Of a DNA stretch of 64,000 bases, positions 1 to 18,653 are shown piece after piece. Source of the stretch: the human T2T-CHM13v2.0 reference genome, Homo sapiens; assembly GCF_009914755.1 (NCBI RefSeq), contig NC_060926.1, one strand, 5' to 3'. The notes under the pieces are model-generated. The model had not been told where the DNA came from, searched no databases, and saw nothing but the letters and a program-made list of their open reading frames with translations. A program made the position numbers and the translations under genes. Numbering within the stretch: position 1 is the first letter of the stretch; each line of letters begins with the position of its first letter.

Positions 1-59
1 TGTAGAAAAGTTCTTGAGATGCTAATGTGCCTGAAATAATACACAGATGAAATCAAAAG

Positions 60-300
60 TGGTAAGTAGCACAATAATGCTGAGGTAAAGAATGCAAATT
101 TCGGAACCAGACTACCTGGTTAAATCTCAGCTTTACCACTTACCAGCTGATTAACACTGCGCAAATTGCTTAACCTCTCTCTCAGTTTCATCAATAACAT
201 GGAGATAATAGTACTTACCTCATAGTGGTGTTGTAAGGATTATCTACATTCTTACAAGTAAATTGCTTAGAGTGTGCCTAGCACCCAGTAAGTCCTCAGC
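60..300 (+). mobile_element. MIR SINE fragment
   Basis: MIR-like motifs: ccacttaccagctg...cttaacctctct...ctcagtttc...ataatagtacttacctcatag. Confidence 0.6.
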
Positions 301-1132
301 AAAAACTCACGGAATTTTAATTTCATTAAAATTTAAACACCTCAGCAAACCATCTTGGGGAGCCCCGCATTAGGTCATTACTTAGACTTTAGTCTCAAAA
401 TGCCTTCCATGTTGTTTGTCAAAGAAAAGAGAGGAGGCATCAGGAATGCTTCTTGCCATATTTACTAGAACAGCTAAGAGGACTGAGGGGTCTGGAGTGC
501 TGAGGCTAAGGCTGTGGTGGAACTAAGAAATCTGGGAAGTGGAGGAGATGAAAGGGAAACAGCACAGACCCTGGCTCCCACACCCAGGAGAGTCTGCAAC
601 CCCCGGGTCCTACAACACAGGAGGCCGTGTTGTTGGTACCCAGACTGCCCCGAATCCACCCCTCCAAAGAGCGTTCACAGGGGCCAGGAATGTGTCTCTA
701 GAGCCATCCAGCTGGATCCCGTAGAGGTTGAGAACACTAGGTTTGGAGTTGACAAGTGAAGTTGAGACCTGAGCCTTTCCTGTCTGAATGACCTGGACAC
801 ACATTTCCTTAGTTCTCCCACTCTCAAATTCTTCATCCGTGAAATGGCCATAATAATACCTACTTTGTACAGTTTTTGTGAAGGTTACAGAAAATAATAT
901 ATTTTATATTCTTACCCCAGGGTCTAACATGTTAAATGTTCTAACTAAAAATCAATGTTAGCTACTATTGTTTTGCTATTATAGCAGGGGAAAATTGGTC
1001 CTCCACAGCCTCAAAGCATCTAGGGAGGTGGTTTAGACACCTGTAGGAGTCATCTGTGAATCCCCTGGGGAAATTCTTTCAAACTATAGCATGCTTCCCA
1101 CCTCATCCAAAATTCTGGCATGATTCCCTAGG

Positions 1133-1870
1133 GCAGTGGTTCTCAACCTTGGCTGTGCATTGCAGTCATCTGAGGCACCTTACAAAATGGCAGCCCAGGC
1201 CATGACCCAGACTCATTGTTTCAGAACCTCTGGGTATCTTGAAGTATAGTTTATAAGCAATAAATTGTACCCATTTTAAGTGTACAGTTCAGTGAAGTTT
1301 GACAAACTTATATACCTATGTAACCACCACTGTAACCACCACCATTTCAAGATAGCATTTTCATCATCCTAGAGAGTTTTCTTTGTCTCTTTGCTGTCAA
1401 TTTCCCCCATCTCCTGCCCCAAGTAACCACTGATCTGCTTTCTATCACTATAAATTAGTTTTGCCCATTCTAAAATTTAATATAAATGGAATCATACAAC
1501 ATGTACTTTTGTGTATATCTGGCTTTTACTCAGCATACTGTTTTGAGATTCATTCATTTTATTGAGTGTATCAGCAGCTCCTTTTCATTGCTAAGTAATA
1601 TTCCATTATATGGATATACCATAATTTGTTTATGTGTTAACTTACTGATAGACATTTGAGTTGTTTCTGGTTTGATGCTATTTTGAATAAAGCTTCTGTG
1701 AACATTCAAATGCAAGTTTGGTATTGACATATTTTATTTCTCTTGGATAAGAACCTAGGGGTGGAATTGTTGTGTCATATGGTATGTGCTTTTAAACGTT
1801 GATCAGTGTTTTTAAAGATCATAAAACTATTGATTCCAATGGCAGCTGCTGGCATGGCTGGAAACCACTG
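1133..1870. mobile_element. MER5-type hAT element interrupted by an old L1M 3' fragment (about 1240-1800, minus strand)
   Basis: Start cagtggttctcaacc and end ggaaaccactg flank an L1M 3'-UTR-like block (aaccactgatctgctttct...tggaatcatac). Confidence 0.6.
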
Positions 1871-2698
1871 GATCAGAGGATGGGTGTGTGTAGTAAATGA
1901 CAGGTGTGGCAATGTTGGGAGACAGGCTACCCTGATTGCACTTATTGTTTGCAGTCATATGATCCCTGAGTCTGTACTAGTGGCTTCCCCAGCTGCAGAA
2001 CTCTTGGCTGTGTCCTGATATGGTATAAGGCTGCTGCTTGAGCTTATAAGATGTTTTAAAGAAGAGCTAATTTGTTCAACAGTGTTTATTAAGCACATAA
2101 CTAGTGCCAAACATGGCATCAAATACTGGGAACACAGAAATGACCAACAAAGTTCCTACCTTCAGGGAACTTGGATAGCCAAGACAAATTAAATATGTAT
2201 AATATTCTTTGCCAGGTGTTATGATAAAGAGTGTTCTAAGGGCCTTTCTAGAGACTGCCTCATCATTGGAACATTACATTGAAACATTAGCTAATGCTAC
2301 CCTCCTTGTAATTCATCCAAGTCCTTTTGTGAAAGGTCAGAATCTGTTTTACCTTAGGAATTCAGTGTTGTTAGTTGCCTGTCTGTGTTCTGTTGGGCTT
2401 CAGATTTTTAAACCATGAGAACAAAAAGAGATGTTCTGATTTATAATCACTTTAGTTAACTAAACATGGGTGTTAAGCTATATATCCAGAATTAGAATGC
2501 CAGCATTAAAGAAATAAGCTGTTTACATGCATACACTGGGGCAAGTTATCCCCAATATGGGATTCGGACAGAGCTGAGGCAACTACCAGGCATAGAAGAA
2601 GGTATAATTGAATAAAGTTCAGTCTTAAGTCCCTCTTATTAGAATGGCTCAAGAAATGCACTTACCAAACTAGAAGACTTGAAATGGAAATGATTAGA

Positions 2699-2806
2699 CA
2701 AGAGAGAAACAGGAGAACCAGAATCCATGGATAAGAGAGAAGAAGCAGGAAAACCAGAATCCATTGATTAAGAGAGAAGAAGCAGAAGAACCAGAATCCA
2801 TGGATG
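2699..2806. repeat. Tandem repeat, about 36-37 bp x3
   Basis: Unit aagagagaagaagcaggaaaaccagaatccatggat occurs three times with few changes. Confidence 0.85.
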
Positions 2807-4151
2807 CCACTGTAGGATGGTCAAGGCTCTGGCTTGATTGAAATTGACAACTTCCTTTAATTTGTTGGTAGCTTTGGTGTCTCTCCAGCAGGTTTCATTC
2901 CACGCCCAGACACTGTTAACCTACCTGGTCTTAAAGATTTATACCGAGTCTGGCTCCCTACCCTAGTAGGAGATTTTTGTCCTCCTTCTTCTAGAACCCT
3001 TCTCTTTTGGATTCTGTACAGAATAAAATGTCTTTTACAAGGGATGTGCCCTTATAAGGTGTTGGACCACTTCTTAGCACCCTGATTTGGATTTATCTTC
3101 ATTAGTATCTATCTTTAAAAATATATATATTATTTTGACTCAGCAATTCAACTTCTGGGAATCTCCCTTACAGGAATAAACACACATGTACACAAGCATA
3201 TGGGAAAAAGTATGTTAATTGGTTATTAGTAGTAATAATGAAAACGGAGAATAAATCAAGATGTCCAATGGAGAATGCTTCCTTTCATTATGATTCATGC
3301 AGAATATGAAATACAGCTATTAAAAATGATGAAGTATATCTATGCTGACATGAAAATGTGTTTGTAATATGGGAAAAAAAGTCTGGAGCCAATATGTAGA
3401 TTTTCTATCAATGTGCACATTTATTCAGTTTTATGTATTTGTGTTTTTCTAGCTTTACTGAGGTATAATTGACAAGAATTATATATCTGTAAATTATATA
3501 TATGTAAAATGGTTCCATTTTGTTTTGTTTTCAAAAGCCAAATATCTGTTTTTTTATTTGCCTATACTTGGCAAAGAGTCTGGTAGGTTACATGTCAAAC
3601 GGCTGATAGTGGTTACCTCTGTGGCATGAGCCTGAAGTTGAGAATAAAACTGGGAAGGAGAAACTTTCACTTTTTAATTTTGGAAATGTCTGAATTGTTC
3701 ATATCTTGTGAAACAAGGATATTTTTGTAAATTTTTAAAAGTATCCTCTTCTCTTGTGTTCTACCCCCCTCTAGGGTGGAGACTCCAGGTTGTAAGCTTG
3801 CTTGCCTGGGCCTTCAAAACAGCGAAAGCTGACTCTGAAGCAAGACTGACTTAGGTTCTAAGAAGAGCTGTCTAGTGACAATACCATACCTGAAAGAATT
3901 CTTATTTCCCAGAGATAAAGGAACTGGTACATAAAAGATCAGTAGATAGGAGAAAAGTACCTTTATAATACCTACTCATGTCTACTACCTGAACTGGATG
4001 TTTCAAGGATCTGTCTTTCCTTTAAAAGTCCATGATTTGATGGACTTCAGATATTATTTAACTCCTGTGGAATATGTTGAAATCACAAGAAATCAAATAT
4101 TAATCTAGTGGAAGATGCTTGCCATGGGGTACCAGTCATGCTCTACTCTTA

Positions 4152-4692
<541 letters not shown>

Positions 4693-4894
4693 TTAATGGC
4701 TAAATGCAAAGGCTATGTTTCCACCCAAAAGATACTTAAACTGATCAAGTGATTCAAATGTGAAACAACCAACCTAAATTCTTAGGGCAGTTTGGTTCAT
4801 AATATTTGATTTATTTAAATATATTCTCTTCACTTGTGGTTACTGTTATTTTAATATTGCCCTGTTATTCTCTCATGTTTTTCTCTCAAATCAG

Positions 4895-4948
4895 GCTGAA
4901 GAACTATGCCCTGGTTATTCTAATCCCAATTACATGTACTTAGCAAAG
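4895..4948 (+). CDS. RMDN2: RMDN2 (regulator of microtubule dynamics 2 / FAM82A1) internal coding exon, AEELCPGYSNPNYMYLAK
   Basis: Polypyrimidine tract and CAG acceptor (ttttctctcaaatcag|GCT); donor AAG|gtaatg; 54 nt, phase 0/0; peptide recognised as the RMDN2 C-terminal region. Confidence 0.93.
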
Positions 4949-5039
4949 GTAATGAAGACCACTGTTCTGCTTTAAGATCACTTTGAACCTATCGCATAAA
5001 AACGGATTATGTTTAATATTGGTTATTTCTCATTTCCAG

Positions 5040-5120
5040 TGTTATACTGATCTTGAGGAAAACCAGAATGCTTTGAAGTTCTGTAATTTGGCTTTATTGC
5101 TTCCTACTGTTACCAAAGAG
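5040..5120 (+). CDS. RMDN2: RMDN2 penultimate coding exon, CYTDLEENQNALKFCNLALLLPTVTKE
   Basis: Acceptor tttctcatttccag|TGT after a 91-nt intron; consensus donor GAG|gtaagt; 81 nt; continues the previous exon in frame. Confidence 0.93.
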
Positions 5121-5234
5121 GTAAGTCCAGAAAGTGACAGTGAGTGCTGTTGTCTTGTTAGTACTATTCGAGCTCAAAACAGGAATAACTCGCTTAGATA
5201 CATTTGTAGTTTTCTCTATTCAATTTTATGTATT

Positions 5235-5585
5235 TATTTTTATTCTACCTTTATTGAAGTATAATTGACAAAAACTATATGTATACAGCATGATGTTTTG
5301 ATAGACATATACATTATGAAATGACTACCACAATCAAGCTAATTAACACATTCATCGCCTCACATAGTTACTTTTTTTATTGTTGAGAACATTTGAGATC
5401 CACTCTCTTAGCAAATTTCAAATATACAATACAGTATTATTAACTACAGTCACATTGCTGTCCTTTAAATCTCCAGAACCTATTCATCCTGCATAACTGA
5501 AACTGTGTACCCTAGACCAATATCTCCCCATTTCTCCCACTCTTCCAGCCCCTGACAGCCACCCTTCTACTCTCTCCTTCTATGA
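5235..5585 (-). mobile_element. Old L1MA-type 3' end fragment
   Basis: tttattgaagtataattgaca...ctcttagcaaatttcaa...cataactgaaact, typical of the L1MA9/10 3' UTR. Confidence 0.7.
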
Positions 5586-5819
5586 TGGAGTTTTCTTTCT
5601 TTTTTTTTTTATTATACTTTAAGTTTTAGGGTACATGTGCACAACATGCAGGCTTGTTACATAAGTATATATGTGCCATGTTGGTGTGCTGCACCCATTA
5701 ACTCGTCATTTAACATTAGGTATATATATCTCCTAATGCTATCCCACCCCACTCCCCCCACCCCACAACAGGCCCCGGTGTGTGATGTTCCCGTTCCTGC
5801 GTCCATGTGTTCTGATTGT

Positions 5820-9649
<3,830 letters not shown>

Positions 9650-9712
9650 TATGATGTTAGCTGGTTATTTCGCTCATTAGCTGATGCAGTTTCTTCCTAG
9701 CCTCGATGGTCT

Positions 9713-10734
9713 TTACAATTTGGCATGTTTTTGCAGTGGCTGGTACCGGTTGTTCCTTTCCATGTTGAGTGCTTCCTTCAGGAGCTCTTTTAGGGCAGGC
9801 CTGGTGGTGACAAAATCTCTCAGCATTTGCTCGTCTGTAAGGGATTTTATTTCTCCTTCACTTATGAAGCTTAGTTTGGCTGGATATGAAATTCTGGGTT
9901 GAAAATTCTTTTCTTTAAGAATGTGGAATATTGGCCCCCACTCTCTTCTGGCTTGTAGAGTTTCTGCTGAGAGATAAGCTGTTAGTCTGATGGGCTTCCC
10001 TTTATGGGTAACCCGTCCTTTCTCTCTGGCTGCCCTTAACATTTTTTCCTTCATTTCAACTTTGGTGAATCTGACAATTACATGTCTTGGAGTTAGTCCT
10101 CTCGAGGAGTATCTTTTTGGCGTTCTCTGTATTTCCTGAATTTGAATGTTGGCCTGCTTTGCTAGATTGGGGAAGTTCTCCTGGATGATATCCTGCAGAG
10201 TGTTTTCCAACTTGGTTCCATTCTCCCTGTCACATCACTTTCAGGTACACCAATCAGACGTAGATTTGGTCTTTTCACATAGTCCCACATTTCTTGGAGG
10301 CTTTGTTCGTTTCTTTTTATTCTTTTTTCTCTACACTTCTCCTCTCGCTTCATTTCATTCATTTGATTTTCCATCACTGATACCCTTTCTTCCAGTTGAT
10401 CAAATTGGCTACTGAGGCTTGTGCATTTGTCACGTAGTTCTCGTGCCTTGGTTTTCAGCTCCATCAGGTCCTTTAAGGAATTCTCTGCGTTGATTATTCT
10501 AGTTAGCCATTCATCTAATTTTTTTTCAAGGTTTTTAACTTCTTTGCCATGGTTTCGAACTTCCTCCTTTAGCTCGGAGTAGTTTGATCGTCTGAAGCCT
10601 TCTTCTCTCAACTTGTCAGAGTCATTCTCCGTCCAGCTTTGTTCCGTTGCTGGTGAGGAGCTGCATTCCTTTGGAGGAGGAGAGGCGCTCTGATTTTTAG
10701 AGTTTCCAGTTTTTCTGCTCTGTTTTTTCCCCAT
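9713..10734 (-). pseudogene. L1 ORF1p, frameshifted
   Basis: Split into ORFs 10162-10734 and 9713-10210 by a roughly 5-bp duplication (gtcacatcac) near 10230. Confidence 0.92.
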
Positions 10735-11310
10735 CTTTGTGGTTTTTTTCTACCTTTTGTCTTTGATGATGGTGACGTACAGATGGGGTTTTGGTGTGGA
10801 TGTCCTTTCTGTTTATTAGTTTTCCTTCTAACAGTCAGGACCCTCAGCTGCAGGTCTGTTGGAGTTTGCTGGAGGTCCACTCCAGACCCTGTTTGCCTGG
10901 GTATCAGCAGCAGAGGCTGCAGAACAGTGGATATTCGTGAGCAGCAAATGTTGCTGCCTGATCGTTCCTCTGGAAGTTTTGTCTCAGAGGAGTACCCGGG
11001 CATCTGAGGTGTCAGTCTGCCCTTGCTGGGTGGTGCCTCCCAGTTAGGCTACTCAGGGGTCAGGGACCCACTTGAGGAGGCAGTCTGTCCATTCTCAGAT
11101 CTCCAGCTACGTGCTGGGAGAACCACTACTCTCTTCAGTGCTGTCAGACAGGGACATTTAAGTCTGCAGAGGATTCTGCTGCCTTTTGTTTGGCTAAGCC
11201 CTGCCCCCAGAGGTGGAGTCTACAGAGGCAGGCAGGCCTCCTTGAGCTGTGGTGGGCTCCACCTAATTCGAGCTTCCTGGCTGCTTTGTTTAGCTACTCA
11301 AGCCTCGGCA

Positions 11311-11814
11311 ATGGCTCGCTCCCCTCCCCCAGCCTTGCTGCTGCCTTGCAGTTTGATCTCAGACTGCTGTGCTAGCAATGAGCAAGGCTCCATGGGCATA
11401 GGACCCTCCGAGCCAGGAGAGGGATATAATCTCCTGGTGTGCCACTTGCTAAGACCATTGGAAAAGCGCAGTATTAGGGTGGGAGTGACCCGATCTTCCA
11501 GGTGCCGTTTGTCACCCCTTTCTTTGACTAGGAAAGGGAATTCCCTTACCCTTTGCACTTCCCAGGTGAGGCAATGTCTTGCCCAGCTTCGGCTCATGCT
11601 CGGTGCACTGCAGCCACTGTCCTGCACCCGCTTTCTGACACTCCCCAGTGAGATGCACCCGGTACCTCAGTTGGAAATGCAGAAATCACCCATCTTCTGC
11701 ATCACTCACGCTCGGAGCTGTAGACTGGAGCTGTTGCTATTCAGCCATCTTGGCTCCACCCCAGAGTTTTCTTTCATACTAAAACCTTTGACTTGGATTT
11801 TACATGTACTATAA
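11311..11814 (+). CDS. L1 antisense ORF0, open and extended to 167 aa (putative)
   Basis: gcaATGG with strong Kozak context; MARSPPPALLLPCSLISDCCASN matches the ORF0 N-terminus; no stop until 11812-11814, beyond the L1 5' end. Confidence 0.5.
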   Translation: MARSPPPALLLPCSLISDCCASNEQGSMGIGPSEPGEGYNLLVCHLLRPLEKRSIRVGVTRSSRCRLSPLSLTRKGNSLTLCTSQVRQCLAQLRLMLGALQPLSCTRFLTLPSEMHPVPQLEMQKSPIFCITHARSCRLELLLFSHLGSTPEFSFILKPLTWILHVL

Positions 11815-14761
11815 AGTTTTAAAATTTGCTGTATCTCTGTAAGATAACCTGTCACCAGGAGGCCCCTACCAGTTAAAACATCCTGATCCTTGTTAGATGT
11901 AAGACAGCAGGGAGTGAAGCAAGCATAATTCCTTCAGTGGGAAGGAGGGGGCACAGCATAATTCCGGGGAGCTGGAGATTAACTATGTAGGCAGCAAACA
12001 AGCTAGACAGGTGGCCCAGCCTAGAGTAAGGGGAGTGACCATGGGTTGCCATCCTCAGTCCTCAATTCACAGCAGGTGTGGCTATCCAAGGCCATGACAA
12101 AGATGAAAAATATGTAATAACATGTTCTTGGTTTTTGGACACTGGCCATTAATGAAAAATAAACTATTGCCCTGTCTCTTGCCCTTTGATTCAGTAAGTC
12201 AGGATTCTGGGTATGCTTTAAGTTTCAAGCATTCCACAGGGTTAACAACTCAGTCTGCTCCTGTGAGCTGTTGACTGGTGTTGTGGGAACAACAACAAAA
12301 AAATAGGTATATATTTTCCTCCTTTTCTCATACCACCAAACACTATCATACTCTAAATCATTAACAGAAAATAAATGCCTCAGTAAAAAAAACCCTCCTC
12401 TTTTTCTGTGTTGGAGCAATACAAGTTCCAATATTTATTGTGATCTGAACTATAAACAAATAAGACACACCTGTTGCCTTCTAGGAGCCTATAGCCTAGA
12501 AGGGAATATATGATGTGTGTCCAAATAACTATAGCTCGAAGCAGAAAGCATAAGGTACTAAGAGAAGTACAAATCATCAGTTATGGAAATTTTCAAAAGG
12601 GAGAAATTATTTTTACCTAGAAGAGGCCAGGTGGCATCAGAGGTAGACTTTGAAAGATCTGTATAATATGGAGTTGTGGGCAAGTATATTGCAGGTCATG
12701 AACAGAGGCACAAAAGTGAGAGAGCAAAGCTCGGTTTGCCTGGAGCAAAAGGAATGTGCCCACTTTCCCCTGGACCACAGATTGTACCAGCCTCCCAGTC
12801 ATTCTCCTCACAGCTTCCTTGCCTCCCGCCAGGCCACTCTTGACTCCCAGTAGCAGCCCAAGCAACAGATTAAATGTAAACGTCAACATGTCACTTCCCT
12901 GCTCAAAACCCTTTGCTGCTGGGATGAGGGTCAGAATTTTTAGCATGTCTTTCAAGGCTCTGACCCAGCTCCTACCAATCTCTCAAGCTTCATATGTTCC
13001 CAGCTCCCCTCTCCTCTGCACCACCCAGCCTGCCCTTCACCCTTAGAACATACTGTTCCACTTCCTGAAACACTCCTACCCACCGTCCGCTCCTTCCACT
13101 AGCTTTATTCCTTCCTGTCCTCCAGGCCTTACCATGGATGCTGTTTCGTCAGGAAAGACTTCCTTGACGCCTGCTGGCAAGAAAGCCCCTATACTTTTCC
13201 TTGCTATCATTTCACACAGTTATTATGTCATTATTAATGTGATTGTTCCATGAAAGTAACAACCAGGTTTGTCTCATTCATCACTGTACCCCTAATCCTG
13301 TGTAACTGCCTAGCATATAATAAGCACTCAGTAAGTGTTGATAGAAAGAACCAAGGCATTAATATCGTACAAATAAAAATAATAGTGTCAATAGTAATAA
13401 TAAAGAGGACTCCTAATGAATGTAAGAAGGCTAGACATTGGAAGTATTTCTGTAATAAGCAAAATAGTATGAGCAAATATTTCTCACATTGCATTTTTTT
13501 CCTCAGTGATGTCTCCATTTGTATTCTTAGCAATTTTTTTCCAAGTAGTAAAGGTATGTAAGGTATATTTCCATTTCTTTTTCCATGAGAAAATAGGATG
13601 AAGTGAGTTATATGTAATACCCCTCCATCTCTATAAAGTTTTTTCAGATTGAAATATACCCCATTAGTGATTTTGCTAACCAAGTTTATTCATTTCCAAA
13701 ATGTCTAGCAATGCCACTAGTTACAAGAGGACAACCTAGCCATCAGTTTACTCTCTCGTGTGACATTTCATAAGATGTTTGTTTCTTTCTTGTGGCATTT
13801 ATAGCTTCTTCCTTGCATTATAGTCATTTGTGGACATGTCTTCTGTCCCCTATTAGGGAACTCTCAGCTCATCACACTGCTAGTTGATATTGGGAGTGTC
13901 AGTCGTTTGGTCTCTAGAGCCCAGATTCAAAGGTGTAAGCAGCTTTACATTCCCAGAATTTGAAACTACAGTATTTTTATTATTCATGTGGACTTTTCTT
14001 GACCCTAGGAAAGTAATCTCAGATCCTGAGAAACATTTCTTTTTTAAAAAAGGGATTTCTGTGTCTAAGACAGTGTGAGAACGATTGCTGAATGAAATAA
14101 TGACTTCACTGGCAACCTGAAAGTTGTTTGCCTGGAGGCAGTATTAAAGTTCATCAACGTGGAGCCTACTGAGAAAGCTCAAATATAAAAAGCATTATGT
14201 AATGTTGTATGATAAGAGGTGCTAAACTGGTAAAGAAAAACCCATATTTTAAAATTGCTGAAACATTTTGAAATGGCATTAGTCACCTTTCTAAGACAAA
14301 CAGACTCATAGACTAGTAAATCCAATGTTACCAGAAACAAACCACAAAAAGAAGTGTACTCTGGGAGTGCTAAAAGTTAAGAGCACGTTATATTTAGCAA
14401 GTGGTATAGTTGTCTTTGAAATGGCCTGTTGATTAAAGTTTTGAGCTGTATTTCCAACCTGTTTTATGAGTTGAGAAGCATAACTCTCATTGGTAACTGC
14501 TCTTAGTAACAAAATCCTAATTCTGCTTTAAATGCTCTTTCTTAATTAAGATATCATATTTGATTATGATATCTTGAAAACATTGGTTTTCTGGATAAGT
14601 TATAAAACAGAATTTGTATCCATTCACTCTGCCTTCCTGTTATAGAAATGCTACAGCTCAGGGTAATAAATGGGTCTCTTGTCAAAATCCTGTAATGTTG
14701 TCTCATTTGCTAGAAATTCTTGTTTGCCCATTTCTTTCTGGTTGAAACTTATTTCTTGTAA

Positions 14762-15184
<423 letters not shown>

Positions 15185-16059
15185 TCATTTTCATGATTTG
15201 TAGAAAGTCTGTTTACAACCCGCTATTTCTACTCTTTTGACTCTTACCTTCTTGTCATTTGCATTTAAAATGTATTATTTCTTAAGATTTTGCAATATAT
15301 GTAATGGTCTTGGTTGTATTGTTTAAATTGATCTTAAAAACACTCTAAAGAAGTTTCTTAGAACCCTTTTATTTATTTATTTTCTTAAAATAATTGATGA
15401 TACAGCATCAGTTTGGGACTAGCTGTTCTTAACCAGTACCCAGTCTCATGAAGTTGGTGTGTGATAGTCATTACCCAAATGCTAGGAGAATAATGACAGT
15501 TTAATGTAAATAAGTCTCTCTCTTATTTATCCAGTCTTTAGCAGAGAGCATTGATGTAGTTTTCTAAACCATATTTTTCCAACACTATCAGATGAAATAA
15601 ATCTATATTTTTGAATATGTGTGTTTGGGTGAAAGAGAGAGATTATCTTTATTCAGTTATTTTACAATTATAGAGGTGTACTCTGCTAGAGGCTTGTGAT
15701 ACAAAGAGAAAAAAACAGATACCTCTGCCATCATGAATTCTGTGGTCTAGTGGGAAAGGCAGGCACTGAAAAAGTCATAGCAATAAAATTTGATGAGTGT
15801 TTTGGAAATAAAAGCACAGAGATTTATGAGAAAATAAAACTGGTACTGCAACTTGGGCCATGGGCCAGGAAAGGTCATCCTGAGGTTTTGCTATATAATC
15901 TAAGGAAATTAGAATTTAAACCCAGTTGTTTAAATATTTAAGACTTGCTTGGACAGTAGAGGGCTCATTAAAAATACAGGTTCCTGGCTTTTTCTAGAAA
16001 GTTAGAAAGAAGCTCTGAGCTCCCGAATGTGGTAACCCCAACCCCAGTATCATCGTGGT

Positions 16060-18020
<1,961 letters not shown>

Positions 18021-18089
18021 TGTTTCAGCATGCTAGAGTATCAAGATGAATGCATGAAATTTCATTATGTATTTGTATTTTCTTTATAG

Positions 18090-18143
18090 GATAAAGAGGC
18101 ACAGAAAGAGATGCAAAAAATAATGACTTCCTTGAAGAGGTAA
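18090..18143 (+). CDS. RMDN2: RMDN2 terminal coding exon, DKEAQKEMQKIMTSLKR*
   Basis: Acceptor tttgtattttctttatag|GAT; phase 0 matches the upstream exon; TAA at 18141-18143; followed by an AT-rich 3' UTR with AATAAA hexamers. Confidence 0.9.
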   Translation, partial: DKEAQKEMQKIMTSLKR

Positions 18144-18445
18144 ATAAACGAATTTACTCTTCAACAAATCAGATGTGGTCTACCAAAATTTAAATGAATC
18201 AAAGTTGTGCTTTTATTATCCTTCATTTTTGATGTAAGGGTATTGTGCTTAGATTTGAAGGTAAAGCCATGTTTCTGCAGAATGCATTCCACTAGTAGCA
18301 CTACAAAATTAATTATGTTATTTGGAGAATCTATATACTATAATGTCAATACATAATCTATAAACATGTATGCTTTATATTTTTCTTATCAATAAACTGC
18401 AGCCTTAAGAATATTTCTTTAAATAAAATATTTAAATCCAATAAA
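18143..18445 (+). terminator. RMDN2: RMDN2 3' UTR with clustered polyadenylation signals
   Basis: AATAAA at 18143-18148 (overlapping the stop codon), 18391-18396, 18422-18427 and 18440-18445. Confidence 0.7.
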
Positions 18446-18653
18446 ATGAATTCTCATGAATATTTTATTGTTTCAATGGAGACTTCGTAAGACAAAATAA
18501 TTTCATTAATGTGGATGAAAAATGGAAAACTCAGCAAAGGACATGAACAAGTTGTTGGCAGAAGAGGAAAAACAAACAAATGTAGTATTGTAACTGGTAA
18601 TCAAAAGATGTGAATAAAATTACAATAAAATACTGTTTTACCATCAAACTAGC

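Noticed and set aside
18090-18143. RMDN2 terminal exon being derived from the adjacent ZNF pseudogene
   Set aside because: The peptide is not zinc-finger-like and resembles the terminal helix I recall in RMDN paralogs, so it is probably ancestral.
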